The translations under genes were made by a program, and so were the position numbers. The notes beneath the pieces were generated by a model. It did not search any database. It saw only the letters and a program-made list of their open reading frames with translations, and was not told where the DNA came from. Below, in pieces: positions 59,449 to 64,000 of a stretch of DNA of 64,000 nt. Positions within the stretch are counted from its first letter, which is position 1. Each line of letters starts with the position of its first letter. The DNA is from Gammaproteobacteria bacterium (GTDB taxonomy: Bacteria; Pseudomonadota; Gammaproteobacteria; Francisellales; CACEW01), in assembly GCA_029256015.1 (NCBI GenBank), contig JAQSYQ010000009.1:17902-81901 (forward strand), in the 5' to 3' direction.

Positions 59449-60093
59449 TTACTTATAGTGGTAAAGGATTTTAGATTGTTCGCCTGGGATAAACTCAGTG
59501 AGCTGTCCTGAATCTAAATCAAAATGCCAGGCATGTAAAAACAGTTTTTTGGCTTCGACCTTGGATCTCACCCAGGGAAAACTGAGTAAATTATTGAGTG
59601 AAATCTGCAGGGCTTCTTGCTCACAGAGGTGGCATTTTTCATCCATACTTAAGTGAGGAAACTCCGCATTGACTTTGTCTTTAGCGGCCTCTGCGATAGA
59701 AACCCAGGTTGAGATAAAGCTGTCCTTCTTACCTAAAATTCCGCTTTCCATTAATGCTCGGATGCCCCCACATTGGCTGTGCCCCAATACGACGATATGT
59801 TCCACTTCCAAATGTCTTACTGCAAACTCAATGGCTGCACTGACCCCATGATAGGTGTCTTCTTGATGAGTATAAGGAGGGACCAAGTTGGCCACATTGC
59901 GAATAGTAAACAGCTCACCCGGTTCCGCCTGAGTAATAATAGAAGGGGAGACTCTGGAGTCACAGCAGCCAATAATTAATACTTCGGGGTTTTGACCCTT
60001 GGCAACCAGCTCTTTGAAAGTTAAATTGTCTCCAGAAAAATAGGCTTCTGAAAATTTTTGATAACCTGCTCTCAAACGATCTAAGGCTTTCAT
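59449..60093 (-). CDS. can: Beta-class carbonic anhydrase
   Basis: GCCDSRV, RNVANLVP, GHSQCGG. Confidence 0.93.
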   Translation of the reverse strand: MKALDRLRAGYQKFSEAYFSGDNLTFKELVAKGQNPEVLIIGCCDSRVSPSIITQAEPGELFTIRNVANLVPPYTHQEDTYHGVSAAIEFAVRHLEVEHIVVLGHSQCGGIRALMESGILGKKDSFISTWVSIAEAAKDKVNAEFPHLSMDEKCHLCEQEALQISLNNLLSFPWVRSKVEAKKLFLHAWHFDLDSGQLTEFIPGEQSKILYHYK

Positions 60094-61616
60094 ATACGCT
60101 CCAGTTTTCGGTAGCTTAAAGCTTCTGTAAGATGACTATGAGCTATCTTAGCATCCCCAGCTAAATCAGCAATGCTTCGAGCAATTTTTATAATGCGGTG
60201 ATAGGCGCGGGCTGATAAGTGCAGTTTAACGATAGCTTGATCGAGAAAGCGGGATTCAGTAGAGCTTAATCCACAATATTGCTGAATAAGTTTTCCTGAT
60301 AGCTGGCTATTTAGCAAGCCTTGACGGGCAAGCTGCCTGTCTTGGGCTTTTTTCACTCGTGTGCAAACCACCGAGCTGGATTCAACTTTATCAGGTATTG
60401 TCGATAACGCTCCAGCGGGGAGTTCTGGCACTTCAACGTGCATATCAATTCTATCCAGTAAAGGGCCTGAAATTTTATTGCGATAGCGTTGAACCTGGGT
60501 AGGCAAGCATTCACAGGCCCGTTGCTTGGAGCCTAAATAGCCACAGGGGCATGGGTTCATAGCTGCAATGAGTTGAAATCGGGCAGGGTATTCGACTTGG
60601 GCGTTGGCACGAGACAGCGTAATACTCCCATGTTCCAAAGGTTCCCTTAAGGCTTCTAATACCCTTCGGTCAAATTCAGGCAGCTCATCTAAAAATAGCA
60701 CACCGCAATGGGCCAATGAAATTTCCCCAGGTTTAGGAACACTGCCACCCCCTACAATTGCCACACTCGAAGCACCGTGATGAGGGTGCCTAAAAGGAAC
60801 TTGGTAAAAATGTTCCACTATATTGGGTAAATTTCTTATAGAGGCTATGCTGGCTGCTTCAAGAGCTTGTTCTTCGGTTAATGCTGGAAGCAAGCCTATG
60901 ATTCGATTAGCCAACATGGTTTTACCTGTGCCAGGCGGGCCAAACAGGAGCAAATTATGTCTGCCTGCAGCGGCTATTTCCAAGGCCCTTTTTGCCTGAT
61001 GCTGAGCTTTTATATCGGCTAAGTCCAGACAATGAGAAGCAGGCGCTATGCTATCAGCTTGATAGGCCTGCAAGCTTTTCTTGTTTGTCAGATGTTCACA
61101 GACTTCCAGTAAATGAGAGGCGGGATAAATTTTTAAGTCTTTAATCAAACCTGCTTCAGCGGCATTAGACCGTGGCAAAATTAAATGGTGATTAGCATTT
61201 TTAACAGCCAATGCCAATGGCAAGCTGCCTGTAATGCTTCTTAATTTCCCGCTTAAAGCCAGCTCGCCGGCCAGTTCATATTCTTTCACTGCCTCAGCGG
61301 GAATCTGTTTGGATGCGATTAAAATACCGATGGCGATAGGCAAATCAAAACTACCCCCTTCTTTGGGAAGGTCAGCTGGCGCTAAGTTAATAGTCATGCG
61401 GCGGCTTGGAAATTCGAACTGGCTGTTGATCAAAGCCGATCGCACTCGCTCCCTGCTTTCTTTTACAGCGGTTTCAGGAAGGCCAACTATTGAAAAGCTT
61501 GGAAGGCCATTGGAGATATGGACTTCAACTGTGACGAGGGGGGCTTTGAGGCCTTGGGTGGCTCGGGTATGTACAACAGCAAGATTGATCACTCTGTCCT
61601 CCATGCTATTCATCAT
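60090..61616 (-). CDS. comM: YifB/ComM Mg-chelatase-like AAA+ ATPase
   Basis: VGLPETAVKESRERV, GPPGTGKT, PFRHPHH, FLDELPEF, SGPLLDRID. Confidence 0.95.
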   Translation of the reverse strand: MMNSMEDRVINLAVVHTRATQGLKAPLVTVEVHISNGLPSFSIVGLPETAVKESRERVRSALINSQFEFPSRRMTINLAPADLPKEGGSFDLPIAIGILIASKQIPAEAVKEYELAGELALSGKLRSITGSLPLALAVKNANHHLILPRSNAAEAGLIKDLKIYPASHLLEVCEHLTNKKSLQAYQADSIAPASHCLDLADIKAQHQAKRALEIAAAGRHNLLLFGPPGTGKTMLANRIIGLLPALTEEQALEAASIASIRNLPNIVEHFYQVPFRHPHHGASSVAIVGGGSVPKPGEISLAHCGVLFLDELPEFDRRVLEALREPLEHGSITLSRANAQVEYPARFQLIAAMNPCPCGYLGSKQRACECLPTQVQRYRNKISGPLLDRIDMHVEVPELPAGALSTIPDKVESSSVVCTRVKKAQDRQLARQGLLNSQLSGKLIQQYCGLSSTESRFLDQAIVKLHLSARAYHRIIKIARSIADLAGDAKIAHSHLTEALSYRKLERI

Positions 61617-61670
61617 GCAGGCCCAAACCGGGGCAAGGATAAACTCCCGCGCGAATCTGGTTTAAAAAGA

Positions 61671-61698
61671 CTGGGTCCCCGATCATGCCGGGGATGAC
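61671..61698. repeat. REP/RPE-like palindrome
   Basis: CTGGGTCCCCG-atcatg-CCGGGGATGAC. Confidence 0.6.
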
Positions 61699-61720
61699 GA
61701 TTATCTAAATGGCTTTGCCA

Positions 61721-61975
61721 TTAAGATAATCTGCCACTTTTAGATTCAAGTTCGTCGAGCTTTTTTTCTAGAGCTTCGAGTTTCTCGCGGGTGCGTGCAA
61801 GCACTTTAGTTTGAATATCAAACTCTTCACGAGTGACTAAATCTAATTTGCTAAAGCTGCTTTGGAGAACGCTTTTGAAGTCGCGCTGTAGTTCTTCTTT
61901 GAAGTTAAGCAAAGAAGGGGGCAGGCTACTGATAAATTTATTGGCCATTTCATCAAAGATTTTGGGATCAATCAT
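61721..61975 (-). CDS. ubiK: Ubiquinone biosynthesis accessory factor (YqiC/BMFP)
   Basis: KLDLVTREEFD.QT.VL.RTREKLE.LE; synteny with comM. Confidence 0.93.
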   Translation of the reverse strand: MIDPKIFDEMANKFISSLPPSLLNFKEELQRDFKSVLQSSFSKLDLVTREEFDIQTKVLARTREKLEALEKKLDELESKSGRLS

Positions 61976-62077
61976 CGTTATTCCTTATTGCTTAAAAAGC
62001 TATATTATCATGAAGAGGATAAAAATTCTCATTGATTATATTTTATACAAAACGGAAGCCTTGTGCAAAGAGGTCAC

Positions 62078-62809
62078 ATGTTAAAAGTTATCCAAATTTC
62101 AGATTGCCATCTTGCCAGAGATCTTAATTTTGAAAAACATGGCGTGAATACAGAGCAAGCTTTGCAAACAGTGCTGTCTTATATTGATAGTGAACAGCCT
62201 GATTTGATTATCGCAAGCGGAGATATTGCAGAGCTGCCTTCGAAGGAAGCTTATGAGAGGTTTTTCCAGGGCCTTAAAGTTTTCAATTGCCCGATATTAA
62301 GCATTCCGGGTAATCATGATAATAGTTTCTTGCTTGCAAACTCAAGCCTTCAGTTAGGTGGCTGGCAATTTATTGGTCTCGATTCTAATGGCCCGGCTAT
62401 CAAAAAATATGGAGGCTTTTTAGCTCAATCCGAGCTCGAGTTTTTACAAAGTAAATTAGAGCAGTCCAACGAGCCTACTGTCATTGTATTGCATCATCCT
62501 GTGCTTGTTCCTGAAAGTAACTGGCTGCAGGAAGTTAAACTTGAAAATGCAGAGGAGTTTGTAAAAATCATTGAAACCTATCCTCAAGTTAAAGCGGTGT
62601 TGTCCGGGCATGTACACTATACTTATGAAATGAGACAATCAGAAGTCATGTATTTATCATGCCCCTCTACTTATCGGCAATTTGACGGTAAAGCTCGAGA
62701 ATTCGCTATTGATAAAACGTTAAGCTATGGCTATCGTAAATTAATCTTAGAAGCTTCTGGAACAATACTTTCCTCAGTCCATTTAATGAAGGAATCCCAT
62801 GAAAAATAA
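62078..62809 (+). CDS. CpdA/Icc-like metallophosphoesterase
   Basis: QISDCH, GD, PGNHD, HHP, GHVH. Confidence 0.88.
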   Translation: MLKVIQISDCHLARDLNFEKHGVNTEQALQTVLSYIDSEQPDLIIASGDIAELPSKEAYERFFQGLKVFNCPILSIPGNHDNSFLLANSSLQLGGWQFIGLDSNGPAIKKYGGFLAQSELEFLQSKLEQSNEPTVIVLHHPVLVPESNWLQEVKLENAEEFVKIIETYPQVKAVLSGHVHYTYEMRQSEVMYLSCPSTYRQFDGKAREFAIDKTLSYGYRKLILEASGTILSSVHLMKESHEK

Positions 62810-63647
62810 AAAGCTCTGGCTTATTACCGGTTTAGGCTTAATGGCTGCCCAAGTAGCCCATGCTATTGTCATTATACCGCCAGGGCCTCCTGCTGCGATG
62901 TCAAACTGTGATATTAGTCAGCAAAATACCAGCTCTCCTCCCGCCATTTTAAATAATAAGGCCCAACTTCAGTCTCAGCTTTGCATTTTACAAAATACTG
63001 CAAAAATGCAAGAGCAAAGCATTCAAAATATCCAGCAAAGCTTGAATAATACTCAGTCCCAAATTCAAGCTATTCAGCAAAAAATCGCTGCCATAAGAAA
63101 TACTGAGCCTTCTTCTTTTAAATGGGTCTCAGCTTCAATCGGCACTATCCCTGATCACGCTTTTGTAGCGGCCGAAAACTCAGGAAATAAACTGTATATC
63201 TGCCAGGCCAATTACAAGATGAATCCGGGAGACTTGGGGGCGGCTAATACCTATATTTATCCAGGCATGCTGACAAGTCAGGGCTGTATGATTACTTTTG
63301 CGGGGCGAAGCTTTGTAGAAACTCCCTTCAAAATTTTAATCAGTAAAGAAGGCGGTTATTGGGGCAATTCATCTGAAGTTAATGATGCCTCTAATGCGAG
63401 TCCATCTTTGCCGATAGTCAGCTTTCAAGAAACTGCCGCAAATGGCCAAGCTTCGACTCAAGCTATTATTGGAGGCTATGAACCTGATCATTATATCTAT
63501 GTGTGTCGAGTGAATATCAATAATACTTATTATGTGGGGAAAGTGGTGTCAGGTAACTGTAACGTGGCTTTACAAGGAAAAGAAGCCAGTTGGCCGGATT
63601 ATCAGGTATTGCTGACAAGCCAGCCAACGGGTGATTCGAGCAGCTAA
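62799..63647 (+). CDS. Secreted DM9-repeat (DUF3421-like) protein
   Basis: Signal peptide, Q-rich coiled coil, W......IP..A..A.E....LYICQ and GGYE....YVCR.......GKV...C. Confidence 0.8.
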   Translation: MKNKKLWLITGLGLMAAQVAHAIVIIPPGPPAAMSNCDISQQNTSSPPAILNNKAQLQSQLCILQNTAKMQEQSIQNIQQSLNNTQSQIQAIQQKIAAIRNTEPSSFKWVSASIGTIPDHAFVAAENSGNKLYICQANYKMNPGDLGAANTYIYPGMLTSQGCMITFAGRSFVETPFKILISKEGGYWGNSSEVNDASNASPSLPIVSFQETAANGQASTQAIIGGYEPDHYIYVCRVNINNTYYVGKVVSGNCNVALQGKEASWPDYQVLLTSQPTGDSSS

Positions 63648-63648
63648 A

Positions 63649-64000
63649 TTAGAATAAGTAGCTAAGACCTAGTCTAAATGAGCTTGTTGCATAAACACTG
63701 CTGTTATATCCGCTGGTAGTGAAGAAGCCCCAGTCGCTTGGACGGAAATCGCCGCCAGTACCCTCAATTTCAGCGTAAATGTTAAAGTTTTGGGTAGGCA
63801 TATAACCTACGCCTAAGCCAATCATAGGCTCGGTTTGGGTAACTGAGGTATTTTGGCTGCTTTGTTGTACGCCGTTAATATAAACAGGTCCAGCAACATC
63901 AGCAGTTTGAGTTACCACAGCCGCACCTAATTTAACAAAGCCGTTGATTCCATATTCGCCAACGTAGGTTAAAGTTCCCAAGATGTTAACGCTGCTTGAA
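63649..64000 (-). CDS. Outer-membrane beta-barrel protein (3' part)
   Basis: Alternating beta strands; C-terminal LGLSYLF BAM signal. Confidence 0.8.
   Translation of the reverse strand, partial: SSSVNILGTLTYVGEYGINGFVKLGAAVVTQTADVAGPVYINGVQQSSQNTSVTQTEPMIGLGVGYMPTQNFNIYAEIEGTGGDFRPSDWGFFTTSGYNSSVYATSSFRLGLSYLF

Overview
This is an AT-rich gammaproteobacterial chromosome segment. The housekeeping genes and the many eukaryote-like orphan proteins suggest a Legionellales/Coxiella/Piscirickettsia-like intracellular organism (inference). Core genes are glyA, rpsT, mutY-yggX, ribA, maeA, a kdpFABCD operon, terC, DAHP synthase, Fe-S D-lactate dehydrogenase, dinB, pilD/A/B/C, glyQS, a Fur-boxed NRAMP, desA, mutM, apaG, murD, can, comM and ubiK. 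About a dozen candidate host-directed effectors are interleaved: an ankyrin protein with a two-frame C-terminus, a Cry/PirB-like gene paired with a His-Pro membrane-protein gene and bracketed by a diverged kdpD remnant, a LepB/AnkK-like kinase, a MACPF-like protein, and coiled-coil proteins with PAM2-like or prion-like tails. Several share GGAG and C-terminal S-P-A-P-like motifs. A tRNA-Phe has a broken 3' end running into ~95-bp tRNA-derived tandem repeats that carry the exact complement of its anticodon arm. A decayed island next to tRNA-Thr carries a class A beta-lactamase, phage-type remnants and a TIR + transmembrane candidate defence operon. Several MITE/REP-like families occur, one translated inside a lipoprotein. 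All family calls come from motif recognition by eye; no searches were run.
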